Assembly: GCF_017876815.1 (NCBI RefSeq)
Contig: NZ_JAGIOS010000002.1
Span: 1,380,001 to 1,412,000, forward strand
Direction of reading: 5' to 3'
Length of the DNA stretch: 32,000 nt
Source of the DNA: Sinorhizobium meliloti
GTDB taxonomy: Bacteria > Pseudomonadota > Alphaproteobacteria > Rhizobiales > Rhizobiaceae
The notes under the pieces are model-generated. The model was not told the DNA's origin. It was given only the letters and a program-made list of their open reading frames with translations, and searched no databases. Shown here piece after piece: positions 7,242 to 16,237 of this stretch (its first letter is position 1; every line of letters begins with the position of its first letter). Position numbers and translations under genes: made by a program.

Positions 7242-9452
7242 TCACTCGGCAGGATTTGCATCGGCGGTTTGGCTGTGGCCATACGACACACCATATGTGC
7301 CGCTCTCGACAGGAAAGATTGCGTACACGGCGCCCTTAATGGTCTCGGTCTTGTAGTCCACTGGCATTCCGCCGCGGGTGATCCCCGAAATCTCGATCCC
7401 TCCACTTCTTGCCGGGACCATTCCGCGAAGCATCTTTCCGGTTCTCGGGTCGGCGAAAGCGTCAAAGGTGAGGACGCTACCGCTCCAGGCGATATGCGCG
7501 AAATGGGAATTGTTGCGGCCGTCCGTCCAGTCAAGCAACTGCCGCGCCGAAACCAGGGGGACACCGCGGGCTTTTGCCGCAGCCGTCAACTGCCTGTCGA
7601 AATCGTCAGTGAAATCGTAATGGGTCCCGAATGCGCCATAGTAGCCTTCAGGCCCAAGCGCCCGGTCGAGTAGCGCCTCGATGGCCGACGGAAAGCTCAT
7701 TCCGCTCTCGTTCACCAGATGCGTGGGCAACTGGTAAACGTCAATCATAGTCCCATCAAGATCGGCAAAACGCATTGGCAGGCCGGACCCGGTCATGAAA
7801 CCGGGACGGTCCTTTATCCATGAGGGGGGCCAGTGGTAGTAGTTCAGGTCCATACGAACGCCGTACCGTGCCTCCACCTTCGGCGTGCCAGCCCATTCGC
7901 TCCACGGCAAGCAATGCGTGCGGCTTCCCGTCTGGGCAGGCAAGTCGCGATATTTGGCGCGGAAGTCGTGAAGCTCGCGGCTGAAGATCCCGGAAAATTC
8001 CGGCGGCTCGACATTTTTGCACCCGGTGTTGACGTGCACACCGATATCGAAGCCCGCTGCGGCATAGGCGCGGGCTTCCTCCGCCGTCAAACCGGACGTC
8101 GTGTACATCCAGGAGGTCGCGCGATAACATTCCCAGTCGACGAGTGAGCACCCCCTGGGCTCATTTGCCTTGAGCTCATCGAATGTTTTCCGGCTTCCCT
8201 TTCTGGTCCCATGATCGTCGCCCGTCATCACCAGAACCGCCTTGTGGCCTTTAGGGAAGTACCACAGTCTCGGCAGCGGCGCCTTGCCCTCAAGCATAAG
8301 GTTCATCAAGTTGACGAGCAGCCGCTGCTGCTCGTCAACCACCGGAATGGCGACTCGGTCAAGGTCATTCCAGTCGGGATGCTCATCACCCTTCTTGGCG
8401 CCAAAAAACAGATCAGTAGGCCGGATGACCGGACTTCCGTCACGCTCATCTCCGACCCAAGCGGGATTGCCCTGGCGCGTGTACACGATGGACCGGGCGA
8501 GATCATAGCTGAACGTCGCCGCTTGGCCTCCGGCTTCGCCAATCTGACGAAGCGTAATAGCCGGATAGAGCGTCGCGCTCGAAGCATCGCGGTAGAGTCG
8601 GGCGATCTCGGTCACACCTTCACTCCGCGTGTATAAATCCGCCGCGCCGTGGAACTGGATGGTCTTACTTGTGATGCCGCGCCCGGGATCCACCGCCGTG
8701 TCGATCAGTAGGTAACCGTCGTTCATTGATGCGCCGCGGTACTTCAGTCCCAGAAGCAGCGCCAGCTTCTTGTCGGGGCGCATGCTGATCAGATCGCCAC
8801 CTCTTTGGACCCAGCTCGAAAACATCGCCGCTTGTGCCTCGCTGAGCCGCATCTCACCCAGGATGGCGAGACTGAAGCGGTCGAGCAGTTGGTCGGTAAC
8901 CTGCGAAAGCTCGATGGACTCAAACGAGCCAATGCCTTCAGTTCGCAGAATCTCGCTGTAATATTTGGTGAAAGGCTGGCTCGCGGAGGCAATGATCAGT
9001 ATTTGGCCTCCGTAGCCTTGTTCAAGATCACGCCTCGTCGTGAATGACCAACGGCGGCTGAGCGTCAGAGGGTTGCCGGCGTTGTCGCGCGCGTCCACGG
9101 CAACGGCCGCCATATATTTGGTAGAGATCGCCAGTGGTATGGCGGGCGAAAGCACCACGGAGCGGTTCCGCTCGTCGTAAATGGCACTCGCCTCGACCGT
9201 TACGTTCGCCGCTGACAGCCAGAATGAATTTATCCTGACGCTAGCAGAATCTATTCCATCGCCAAAGGTCACCATGATTGCGGCATCGGGATCTACATCC
9301 CTGCTATCCGCCGAGGGGGCAACCCAGGAAACAACGGGGGGCGCATAATCCCCCGAGGGGAACCAAGCAAACATCGCACCTAAAATCGTCGCCCAGATCA
9401 GTACCAGGCCTTTGGACAATTTCTTGCCTCCCCAACTCGACAATGCCGGCAT
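7242..9452 (-). CDS. Membrane-anchored or exported multidomain protein: Ig-like (SbsA/Big_5-type) domain, central alpha/beta domain, C-terminal polysaccharide-deacetylase-like domain
   Basis: 736 aa. The N-terminal hydrophobic anchor is GLVLIWATILGAMFAWF. The Ig-like segment runs VVSWVAPSADSRDVDPDAAIMVTFGDGIDSAS...WSFTT. The C-terminal half has HKAVLVMTGDDHG (compare the CE4 TFDDG motif), GFDIGVHVNTG and RTHCLPWS. No other family was confidently recognised. Confidence 0.7.
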   Translation of the reverse strand: MPALSSWGGKKLSKGLVLIWATILGAMFAWFPSGDYAPPVVSWVAPSADSRDVDPDAAIMVTFGDGIDSASVRINSFWLSAANVTVEASAIYDERNRSVVLSPAIPLAISTKYMAAVAVDARDNAGNPLTLSRRWSFTTRRDLEQGYGGQILIIASASQPFTKYYSEILRTEGIGSFESIELSQVTDQLLDRFSLAILGEMRLSEAQAAMFSSWVQRGGDLISMRPDKKLALLLGLKYRGASMNDGYLLIDTAVDPGRGITSKTIQFHGAADLYTRSEGVTEIARLYRDASSATLYPAITLRQIGEAGGQAATFSYDLARSIVYTRQGNPAWVGDERDGSPVIRPTDLFFGAKKGDEHPDWNDLDRVAIPVVDEQQRLLVNLMNLMLEGKAPLPRLWYFPKGHKAVLVMTGDDHGTRKGSRKTFDELKANEPRGCSLVDWECYRATSWMYTTSGLTAEEARAYAAAGFDIGVHVNTGCKNVEPPEFSGIFSRELHDFRAKYRDLPAQTGSRTHCLPWSEWAGTPKVEARYGVRMDLNYYHWPPSWIKDRPGFMTGSGLPMRFADLDGTMIDVYQLPTHLVNESGMSFPSAIEALLDRALGPEGYYGAFGTHYDFTDDFDRQLTAAAKARGVPLVSARQLLDWTDGRNNSHFAHIAWSGSVLTFDAFADPRTGKMLRGMVPARSGGIEISGITRGGMPVDYKTETIKGAVYAIFPVESGTYGVSYGHSQTADANPAE

Positions 9453-9699
9453 CGGCGTCTTCGGCTATGGGGTTATAAAAACCAGTTTCTCGGCTGCCGA
9501 ATGCAGTCGATGCTTGAAAACTTTACTTATACAGCGGCTGTTCCTCCGGGACACTGCATCTTTCGGGGGACCGGACTCTCGATCATCCACCGACAGAGGA
9601 AAACACTTATACGTGGGGGATCGCCGGCATAATTGCTGAAAGTGGGATCATCCATTTGGCGTACATTCTGCCGGTGGTGGGCGAGAAGCTGTCGTCCAC

Positions 9700-10270
9700 C
9701 ATCGCTGGCATCCTTATTTCGGTCGTCGTCTGCGGCTGCACTACAGCGAGAACCGACCTGATGCGCGAATGCTGGCAGGGACCCCCGAAACTTCGATCTC
9801 CGGGCGTCGCGTCACGCGGGAGCTGACGATGCTCCTCGAAGCGGGGCAAGCCGGGCATCATCGTCTCTGACCACGGCACGAAATGGACTTCGAACGCGAC
9901 CCTCGCCTGGTCAAAGGATCACAAGGTCGAGTGGCACTATATCGCGCCGACAAAGTCGATGCAGAACGGCTATGTCTAATCCTTCAACGGGTGAATGCGC
10001 GACGAGCTGTTGAACGATAGCCTGTTCTCGGGCTCGGCCACGCTCGCAGCGCCATTCGCTATTTGGTCAACGATTACAATACTTTCCGACCGCACTGGTC
10101 GTTTAGATACTAGATCCCGGCAGCCTATGCCGGGACCATCACCGCAACCGGCTCCAACGCTGCGCAAGATGAGGGCTACGCGTTTCCGCCGGTTGCTCCC
10201 GCCGCGACAATTGGCGTATTCGAAAACCGAGGCTCTAATCGCCGTTTGATGAAAGTTCAGGGGCAGGTCA
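9700..10270 (+). mobile_element. Truncated, degraded IS3-family element (3' part of the OrfB transposase and the right end only)
   Basis: The reading spans frames and stops: [74 protein letters not shown]...ARSAIRYLVNDYNTFRPHWSFRY*IPAAYAG. This matches the IS3-family DDE C-terminal region (SDNGxEF, PGKPxQNGxxESFNGRxRDE, YNxxRPHS). The right end, read inward, is TGACCTGCCCCTGAA (10270-10256), consistent with TG...CA IS3 termini. The left boundary is approximate. The N-terminal transposase and OrfA are absent. Confidence 0.75.
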
Positions 10271-10349
10271 CCGCAGCAGCGAGATCTATGGGGTTTATCT
10301 GACTACCGCCGATCGAAAGGTCATGCGGATACACGAGCAGTCGCAACGC
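10271..10349 (-). pseudogene. N-terminal stub of a GT4-type glycosyltransferase, cut by the IS3 end
   Basis: (TTG)RLLVYPHDLSIGGSQINPIDLAAA matches the typical GT4 N-terminus (short beta strand, GG, then LA). The reading frame runs directly into the IS terminal repeat at 10270 and stops at 10257. Confidence 0.5.
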
Positions 10350-10693
10350 TGATATTTCCCTTGATGTCCCGCGAAAGCCGCGCTCCGCAATTCCGCCACG
10401 TGGCACAGTAGATGGTGCATCAGAACACTGCCGGCCGTGCCTCTCCTTGCTAGTCCTAACTTTGGCGGAATGGCGGCCCCACCAATGCAAAGTAGGACAG
10501 TGGTTTGGCTCCTTAATACTAGGTAAGGAGATACGTCTTTTGGCGCGCTCAGTACTGAATTCTCTTTCGTTTACTCTGAGATTGAAAAGTATTCTCTTGT
10601 TGAAAGAGACATTGCCAGGCGAACAGGAACCTCGGTGGCCATGCCGGTCGTGGTTTCAAATCAACAAAAACAACTCAACGGGAACTTTGCAGC

Positions 10694-11194
10694 ATGATTG
10701 CGTCCGATGTCACGCTGCATGACGGTGTAGTCATCTATCACCCGGAGCTCGTAAACCTCTATGGTTGTATAGTAGAAGCCGGCACGCGGATCGGAACCTT
10801 CGTGGAAATCCAGAAGAAGGCCGCGGTTGGAAAAAATTGCAAGATCTCCAGCCATTCCTTCATCTGCGAGGGAGTGACGCTCGAAGAGGGCGTCTTCATT
10901 GGTCACGGGGTCATGTTCACTAACGATCTTTTCCCGCGCGCGGTGAATGCGGACGGAGGACTTCAGTCGGAGAGCGATTGGGTTGTTGTCCCGACGTTGG
11001 TCAAGTGTCGCGCCTCTATCGGCAGCAACGCCACTATTCTCGCGGGCGTGACGATCGGAGAGGCCGCGCAAGTCGGCGCCGGAGCGGTGGTGACCAGGGA
11101 TGTACCGGATTACGCGATCGTTGCCGGCGTACCGGCCAGGGTCATCGGACGCGTCAGGGACAATGAAATCGAGACTTGTTCCCTAGGGGGATGA
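10694..11194 (+). CDS. Left-handed beta-helix (hexapeptide) sugar N-acetyltransferase, WbpD/WlbB/QdtC-like
   Basis: 166 aa with hexapeptide repeats (RIGTFVEIQKKAAVGKNCKISSHSFICEGVTLEEGVFIGHGVMFTND ... IGSNATILAGVTIGEAAQVGAGAVVTRDVPDYAIVAGVPARVIG). It is first in a coupled trio with an oxidoreductase and an aminotransferase. Confidence 0.85.
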   Translation: MIASDVTLHDGVVIYHPELVNLYGCIVEAGTRIGTFVEIQKKAAVGKNCKISSHSFICEGVTLEEGVFIGHGVMFTNDLFPRAVNADGGLQSESDWVVVPTLVKCRASIGSNATILAGVTIGEAAQVGAGAVVTRDVPDYAIVAGVPARVIGRVRDNEIETCSLGG

Positions 11195-12234
11195 AAATGA
11201 TCGGTGTTGCAGTCGTGGGCTACGGTTATTGGGGACCAAACCTCGTCCGCAATCTATGGGAAATGCCGGGAGCGCGCCTGGTCTGCGTGTGCGACCTGCG
11301 CAAGGATCGGCTCGACGGCGTCCGGAGTCGCTACCCGGCCGTTGAGATCACGGACGAGTTTGAAGAGGTCCTGCGGGATCCGCGGATAGACGCCGTCGCG
11401 ATTGCGACACCCGCTCATACGCACTTCAAACTGACGATGCAAGCGCTGCTGGCCGGCAAGCATGTGTTGGTCGAAAAGCCGATGGCGTCCACATCGGATG
11501 AAGCGCGCCGCATGGTAGAGGAGGCGGCGCGCCGCCGCCTCGTGCTTGCCGTCGACCACACCTTCGTACACACCGGCGCCGTGCGCAAGATGCGTGAGCT
11601 CGTCGAGAACGGGCTTGGGGACGTCTACTACTACGACTCTGTTCGCGTAAATCTAGGTCTCTTCCAGCACGACGTCAGCGTCATCTGGGACCTCGCGGTG
11701 CACGATCTGTCGATTATGGATTACGTGCTCCCCGAGCGACCGGTTGCCGTTTCTGCGACCGGCATGAGCCATGTTGCCGGCGAGCCTGCGAACATCGCCT
11801 ATCTCAATCTTTTCTTCGAGAGCAAGTTGATCGCTCATGTCCACGTCAACTGGCTCGCCCCCGTGAAGGTGCGGCGGACCCTTATCGGTGGCAGCAGCAA
11901 GATGATCCTCTACGATGATCTCGAGCCGAGCGAAAAGATCAAGGTGTATGACAGGGGCATCACGTTGAACGGCTGCCCTCAGAAGAATGGTGAAAAGGTC
12001 TATCAAATGCTGGTCGGCTATCGCACCGGCGATATGTATGCCCCCCACCTCGATCTCGCAGAAGCGCTCGGCATCGAACTGCGCCAGTTCGTAGGCTGTA
12101 TAGAGCGCAACGAAGTCCCCGTCGCTGACGGAAATGCCGGCCTGCGCGTGGTGAGGATCCTGGAAGCCGCAACGCAATCGCTCGCCGAGCGTGGGCGAGT
12201 CGTCGAGCTCGAACAGGTGAGGCGCATCGCATGA
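11191..12234 (+). CDS. Gfo/Idh/MocA-family NAD-dependent sugar oxidoreductase (WbpB/WlbA/GnnA-like)
   Basis: N-terminal Rossmann motif IGVAVVGYGYWGPNLVRN, plus EKPMA and the typical C-terminal alpha/beta domain. ATGA overlaps the upstream stop. An alternative start is ATG 11197, 6 nt after GGGGG. Confidence 0.88.
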   Translation: MKMIGVAVVGYGYWGPNLVRNLWEMPGARLVCVCDLRKDRLDGVRSRYPAVEITDEFEEVLRDPRIDAVAIATPAHTHFKLTMQALLAGKHVLVEKPMASTSDEARRMVEEAARRRLVLAVDHTFVHTGAVRKMRELVENGLGDVYYYDSVRVNLGLFQHDVSVIWDLAVHDLSIMDYVLPERPVAVSATGMSHVAGEPANIAYLNLFFESKLIAHVHVNWLAPVKVRRTLIGGSSKMILYDDLEPSEKIKVYDRGITLNGCPQKNGEKVYQMLVGYRTGDMYAPHLDLAEALGIELRQFVGCIERNEVPVADGNAGLRVVRILEAATQSLAERGRVVELEQVRRIA

Positions 12235-13337
12235 TCCCCTTTCTCGACCTAAAGGCGCAATATGCATCGATTAAGGGAGACATCGATGCGGCGGTGATGC
12301 GCGTGCTCGCTTCAGCGGAATACGTGCTGGGAGAAGAGGTCGCACAGCTCGAACGGGAATTCGCGGAATATTGCGGCACGCGGCACGCGGTCGCCGTCAA
12401 CACGGGCACAAGTGCCCTCCATCTGGCTCTGCTGGCGCTTGGCGTAGGCCCCGGCGATGAAGTCATCACCGTACCCTTCACGTTCGTCGCCACGGTGTCG
12501 GCGATCTGTTATACCGGCGCGCAGCCGGTCTTCGTCGATGTTGAGCCGGTGACGCTAACCATGGACGCTACAAAGCTCGAAGCCGCGATCACGTCCCGAA
12601 CGAAGGCGATCATGCCCGTCCATCTTTACGGGCAGATGGCCGACATGAACGCGATCAAGGCTATTGCCGACCGTCTGGGCGTGCCCATTATCGAGGATGC
12701 ATGTCAGGCTCACGGCGCCGAATACGAGGGCCGTCGCGCCGGAAGCATCGGGGTATTGGGCTGTTTCAGTTTCTATCCGGGAAAGAACCTCGGCGCCTGC
12801 GGCGAAGGCGGTATTGTCGTCACCAGCAATGACAGTCACGCGCGCACCGTACGCATGCTACGCGACTGGGGACAGGAACGCCGGTACCATCACGTGCTCA
12901 AGGGCTTCAACTACCGGATGGACGGCATTCAAGGTGCTATCCTGCGTGTAAAACTGAGGCATCTCAACAACTGGACGCAATCGCGCCGCGCCCATGCAGC
13001 CCGCTATTCCGCGCTGCTGGCTGGATCGAACGATGTGAGAGCGCCCTTAGAGGCTGCCGACCGGCGCCACGTCTACCACATTTATGCGATCCGGTGCCGG
13101 GATCGCGAATACTTGCAAAGGGCGCTGGCTATTCAGGGCATCCAATTCGGTTTGCACTATCCCATTCCGGTGCATCTGCAGAAAGCGCATGCTGACCTCG
13201 GCTACACCCCTGGAGATTTTCCGAGATCGGAGTCTGCGGCCCGCTCGGTACTATCGCTGCCCATCTACCCGGAAATGACCACGAGGCAGATCGAAGAGGT
13301 TGCGTCGGCGGTGGAGCAGGAGGCCCATGTCCATTGA
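12231..13337 (+). CDS. DegT/DnrJ/EryC1/StrS-family PLP-dependent sugar aminotransferase (WbpE/WlbC-like)
   Basis: 368 aa with IPFLDLKAQY..., GTSALHLALLALGVGPGDEVITVPFTFVAT, IIEDACQAHGAEY and SFYPGKNLGA (PLP Lys context). ATGA overlaps the upstream gene. Confidence 0.92.
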   Translation: MIPFLDLKAQYASIKGDIDAAVMRVLASAEYVLGEEVAQLEREFAEYCGTRHAVAVNTGTSALHLALLALGVGPGDEVITVPFTFVATVSAICYTGAQPVFVDVEPVTLTMDATKLEAAITSRTKAIMPVHLYGQMADMNAIKAIADRLGVPIIEDACQAHGAEYEGRRAGSIGVLGCFSFYPGKNLGACGEGGIVVTSNDSHARTVRMLRDWGQERRYHHVLKGFNYRMDGIQGAILRVKLRHLNNWTQSRRAHAARYSALLAGSNDVRAPLEAADRRHVYHIYAIRCRDREYLQRALAIQGIQFGLHYPIPVHLQKAHADLGYTPGDFPRSESAARSVLSLPIYPEMTTRQIEEVASAVEQEAHVH

Positions 13338-14031
13338 ACGCCCCGCGACTTGCCGAGTTGTTCCGGCGGTGCATGGCCGCCGTGAAGCCGTCGGCGACCC
13401 TCCGTACCAAATGGAACTGGTCAAGGAGCTCAGACGGGCCTACGGCCCCGGCGGGCTGGTTGAGCTTTACGGTCGCTTCTCGACGGGCGACGGCTTCACC
13501 GACGCTCTGATGCGCAAGGTGATCTGGCAGAGCGCCGCGAGGCGTTGCGGGAGCGGTCTGCAGGTGGGCAGCGGAGCCGGCTTCAAACATCCGGAGACCT
13601 TCGAGATCGGCGACGGCGTGTTCATCGGCGCGCAGGCCTATGTGCAGGGCCGCTACGACGGGAAATGTTTGATCGGCGACAATGTTTGGATCGGGCCGCA
13701 GGCATATCTCGACGCGCGCGAGCTCGTCATTGAGGAATTCGTTGGATGGGGGCCGGGCGCCAAAATTCTCGGATCCAGCCACACCGGCATCCCTGCCGAC
13801 GTGCCGATCATCCGAACCGACCTAGAAATCAAGCCCGTCTACATCGGCGCATGGGCCGATATCGGGACGAACGCCACCATCCTGCCCGGTGTCACGATCG
13901 GCAAAGGGGCGCTCGTGGGGGCCGGCGCCGTCGTCGTCTCTGACGTTGCGGCTTTTTCCGTCGTTGCGGGGGTGCCCGCGAAATTCCTGCGCTGGCGGGG
14001 GGATTCTGATCCGTCGCCGGCGAAACGATGA
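13327..14031 (+). CDS. Hexapeptide-repeat (LbH) acyl/acetyltransferase
   Basis: C-terminal hexapeptide repeats (IGAWADIGTNATILPGVTIGKGALVGAGAVVVSDVAAFSVVAGVPAKFL). The maximal ORF starts at 13300. ATG 13327 is preceded by AGGAGG and overlaps the upstream stop by 11 nt. Confidence 0.8.
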   Translation: MSIERPATCRVVPAVHGRREAVGDPPYQMELVKELRRAYGPGGLVELYGRFSTGDGFTDALMRKVIWQSAARRCGSGLQVGSGAGFKHPETFEIGDGVFIGAQAYVQGRYDGKCLIGDNVWIGPQAYLDARELVIEEFVGWGPGAKILGSSHTGIPADVPIIRTDLEIKPVYIGAWADIGTNATILPGVTIGKGALVGAGAVVVSDVAAFSVVAGVPAKFLRWRGDSDPSPAKR

Positions 14032-14046
14032 GCAACGGGGGCCTTG

Positions 14047-15021
14047 ATGAGAAACAAACGAGTACTGATCACGGGCGGGGCCGGCCTCATAGGTTCGCAC
14101 ATTGCCGATGTCGTCGCTCGCGAAGAGCCTCAGGAGATCCTGATCCTCGACAATTTTGTTCGCGGCAGGCGGGAAAACCTCCATCAGGCAGCGAGCACAG
14201 GGCGGGTGAGGATCATTGAAGGCGACATCCGGGATCGGGCTCTTCTGGCGAGAGTGATGGACGGCGTCGACGTCGTGTTCCACCAGGCGGCCATTCGCAT
14301 CACCCAATGCGCCGAGGAGCCAAGGCTTGCCTTCGACGTGCTGGCCGGGGGCACCTTCGATGTTCTCGAAGCGGCGATCAAGGCAAGCGTGTCGAAGGTG
14401 GTGGCCGCTTCCTCGGCCTCCGTGTTGGGCTTGGCCGAGAGCTTCCCGACGACCGAGGATCATCACCCCTACAATAACAGGACCATTTACGGCGCCGCCA
14501 AGGTTTTCAACGAGGGGCTGCTCCGCAGCTTCACTGAGATGTACGGCCTCAACTATGTCGCGCTCCGCTACTTCAACGTCTATGGGCCGCGCATGGATGT
14601 CCACGGCGTCTATACGGAGGTGCTGATCCGCTGGATGGAGCGCATTGCGGCCGGACGCCCGCCGATTATCCTGGGCGACGGCACTCAGACCCTGGACTTC
14701 GTGCATGTCCGCGATATTGCACGAGCCAATCTTCTGGCGGCGAAATCCGGTGTCACGGACGAGGTGTTCAACGTCGCTAGCGGTACGGAGACAAGCCTCA
14801 AGGATCTTGCTCAACTGCTCGCCCGCATTATGGGCTCATCGATCGAGCCTCAGTATGAGCCGGCGCGGAAGGTGAACGCGGTCACGCGCCGGCTGGCCGA
14901 CATGCGCAAAGCGGAACGGCTTCTGGGCTTCAAGACCGAGATTTCGCTCGAGGAGGGCCTGCGCGAGCTCATCGGGTGGTGGCGGCGCGAGCGCGCCTCG
15001 GCAGGGGGAGAGGCGGCATGA
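14047..15021 (+). CDS. NAD-dependent epimerase/dehydratase (extended SDR family)
   Basis: Contains VLITGGAGLIGSH (Rossmann), ASSASV...YGAAK (S/YxxxK catalytic set) and GDGTQTLDFVHVRDIA. ATG 14047 lies 6 nt after GGGGG. The track start at 14044 is TTG. Confidence 0.9.
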   Translation: MRNKRVLITGGAGLIGSHIADVVAREEPQEILILDNFVRGRRENLHQAASTGRVRIIEGDIRDRALLARVMDGVDVVFHQAAIRITQCAEEPRLAFDVLAGGTFDVLEAAIKASVSKVVAASSASVLGLAESFPTTEDHHPYNNRTIYGAAKVFNEGLLRSFTEMYGLNYVALRYFNVYGPRMDVHGVYTEVLIRWMERIAAGRPPIILGDGTQTLDFVHVRDIARANLLAAKSGVTDEVFNVASGTETSLKDLAQLLARIMGSSIEPQYEPARKVNAVTRRLADMRKAERLLGFKTEISLEEGLRELIGWWRRERASAGGEAA

Positions 15022-16211
15022 GGCATGCATCGCACCAGCTTCCGGTCGCCAAGCCCGTGCTCGATGAGCGGGAGGTGGAGGCCGTCCGACGCGTTGTCCT
15101 TTCGGGTTGGGTCACTCAGGGCCCCGAAGTAGCGGCGTTCGAAAGCGAATTCGCCGACTTCGTCGGCGCGCCGCACGCCTGCGCCGTTTCGAACTGCACA
15201 AACGCGCTTCACCTCGCCTTGAAGTGCGTGGGTGTCGGCGCCGGAGACGAAGTCATCACGGTCAGTCACTCCTTCATCGCGACGGCGAATGCCATCCGTT
15301 ACTGCGACGCGCTACCGGTTTTCGTCGACATAGAAACGAGCGGCTACAATATGGATCCCGATCTGGTCGAGGCAGCAATCACGCCCCGCACAAAGGCAAT
15401 CCTGTGCGTGCACCAGCTCGGCATGCCTTGCGACCTTCGCCGCGTTGTCGAGATCGCTAAACGGCATGCCATTCCGGTGATAGAGGATGCCGCCTGCGCC
15501 GCCGGAAGCGAGATCCTATGGCAAGGCCAATGGGAAAGAATAGGCAAGCCGCACGGCGACATCGCATGTTTCTCGTTCCACCCTCGCAAGGTCGTAACCA
15601 CCGGCGACGGCGGCATGCTGACGACTGCGAACGTCGAGCACGATCGAAAGTTCAGGCTTTGGCGCCAGCATAGCATGAGCGTTCCGGACACCGTCCGACA
15701 TGGCGCGAGACAGGTGATCTACGAGGGCTATGCGGAGCTCGGCTACAATTACCGCATGACAGACTTACAGGCGGCGATTGGACGTGAGCAGTTGAAGAGA
15801 CTTGGTGCGCTTGTTTCGCGGCGAAGGGAACTGGCGGAACAATATACGGAGCGCCTTTCCCCGGTTGCGGGGCTGCAGACGCCGGGCGAGCCCGCCTGGG
15901 CCAGGAGCAACTGGCAGAGTTATTGCGTGGGACTGTCCGAGTGGATTGACCAGCGCGAGACCATGCAGGCGCTGCTGGATTGCGGCATTTCGTCCCGCCG
16001 CGGCGTCATGAACATCCATCTGGAGAAGGCCTATGTTGGAAGCGAAACGCATAGAGCTGCCACGAGCCTCACACGAAGCGTCGTTGCGCAACAGACATCG
16101 GTGATCCTGCCCCTCTTTGCGCAGATGTCAAACGCCGATGTGGCGCTAGCAGTCGACACTCTTTTATCCATCATCGCTGTCGCCTCGCCAACAGCCTTGC
16201 AGGCGCTCTGA
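15018..16211 (+). CDS. Second DegT/DnrJ/EryC1/StrS-family sugar aminotransferase
   Basis: Contains PVAKPVLDEREVEAVRRVVLSGWVTQGPEVAAFE, NCTNALHLALKCVGVGAGDEVITVSHSFIATAN, VIEDAACAAGSE and SFHPRKVVTTGDGG. ATGA overlaps the SDR stop, and GGGGGAGAGG lies upstream. Confidence 0.9.
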   Translation: MRHASHQLPVAKPVLDEREVEAVRRVVLSGWVTQGPEVAAFESEFADFVGAPHACAVSNCTNALHLALKCVGVGAGDEVITVSHSFIATANAIRYCDALPVFVDIETSGYNMDPDLVEAAITPRTKAILCVHQLGMPCDLRRVVEIAKRHAIPVIEDAACAAGSEILWQGQWERIGKPHGDIACFSFHPRKVVTTGDGGMLTTANVEHDRKFRLWRQHSMSVPDTVRHGARQVIYEGYAELGYNYRMTDLQAAIGREQLKRLGALVSRRRELAEQYTERLSPVAGLQTPGEPAWARSNWQSYCVGLSEWIDQRETMQALLDCGISSRRGVMNIHLEKAYVGSETHRAATSLTRSVVAQQTSVILPLFAQMSNADVALAVDTLLSIIAVASPTALQAL

Positions 16212-16237
16212 CGATATTGCCCATTTGCGGGCGCGGC

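Noticed and set aside
13822-14814. 330-aa minus-strand ORF, along with similar long antisense ORFs at 6346-7032, 11653-12267, 11960-12493, 13129-13782, 18478-19104, 20298-21119, 21558-22055 and 30732-31547
   Set aside because: Each lies fully antisense to an ORF with clear family motifs (SDR Rossmann fold, ExoY-type transferase, Gfo/Idh/MocA, DegT, RfbB, RfbA, ExoF-like, AsmA-like). Their translations are Arg/Ala/Pro/Gly-rich with no recognisable motifs. This is the usual shadow-ORF artefact of GC-rich DNA.
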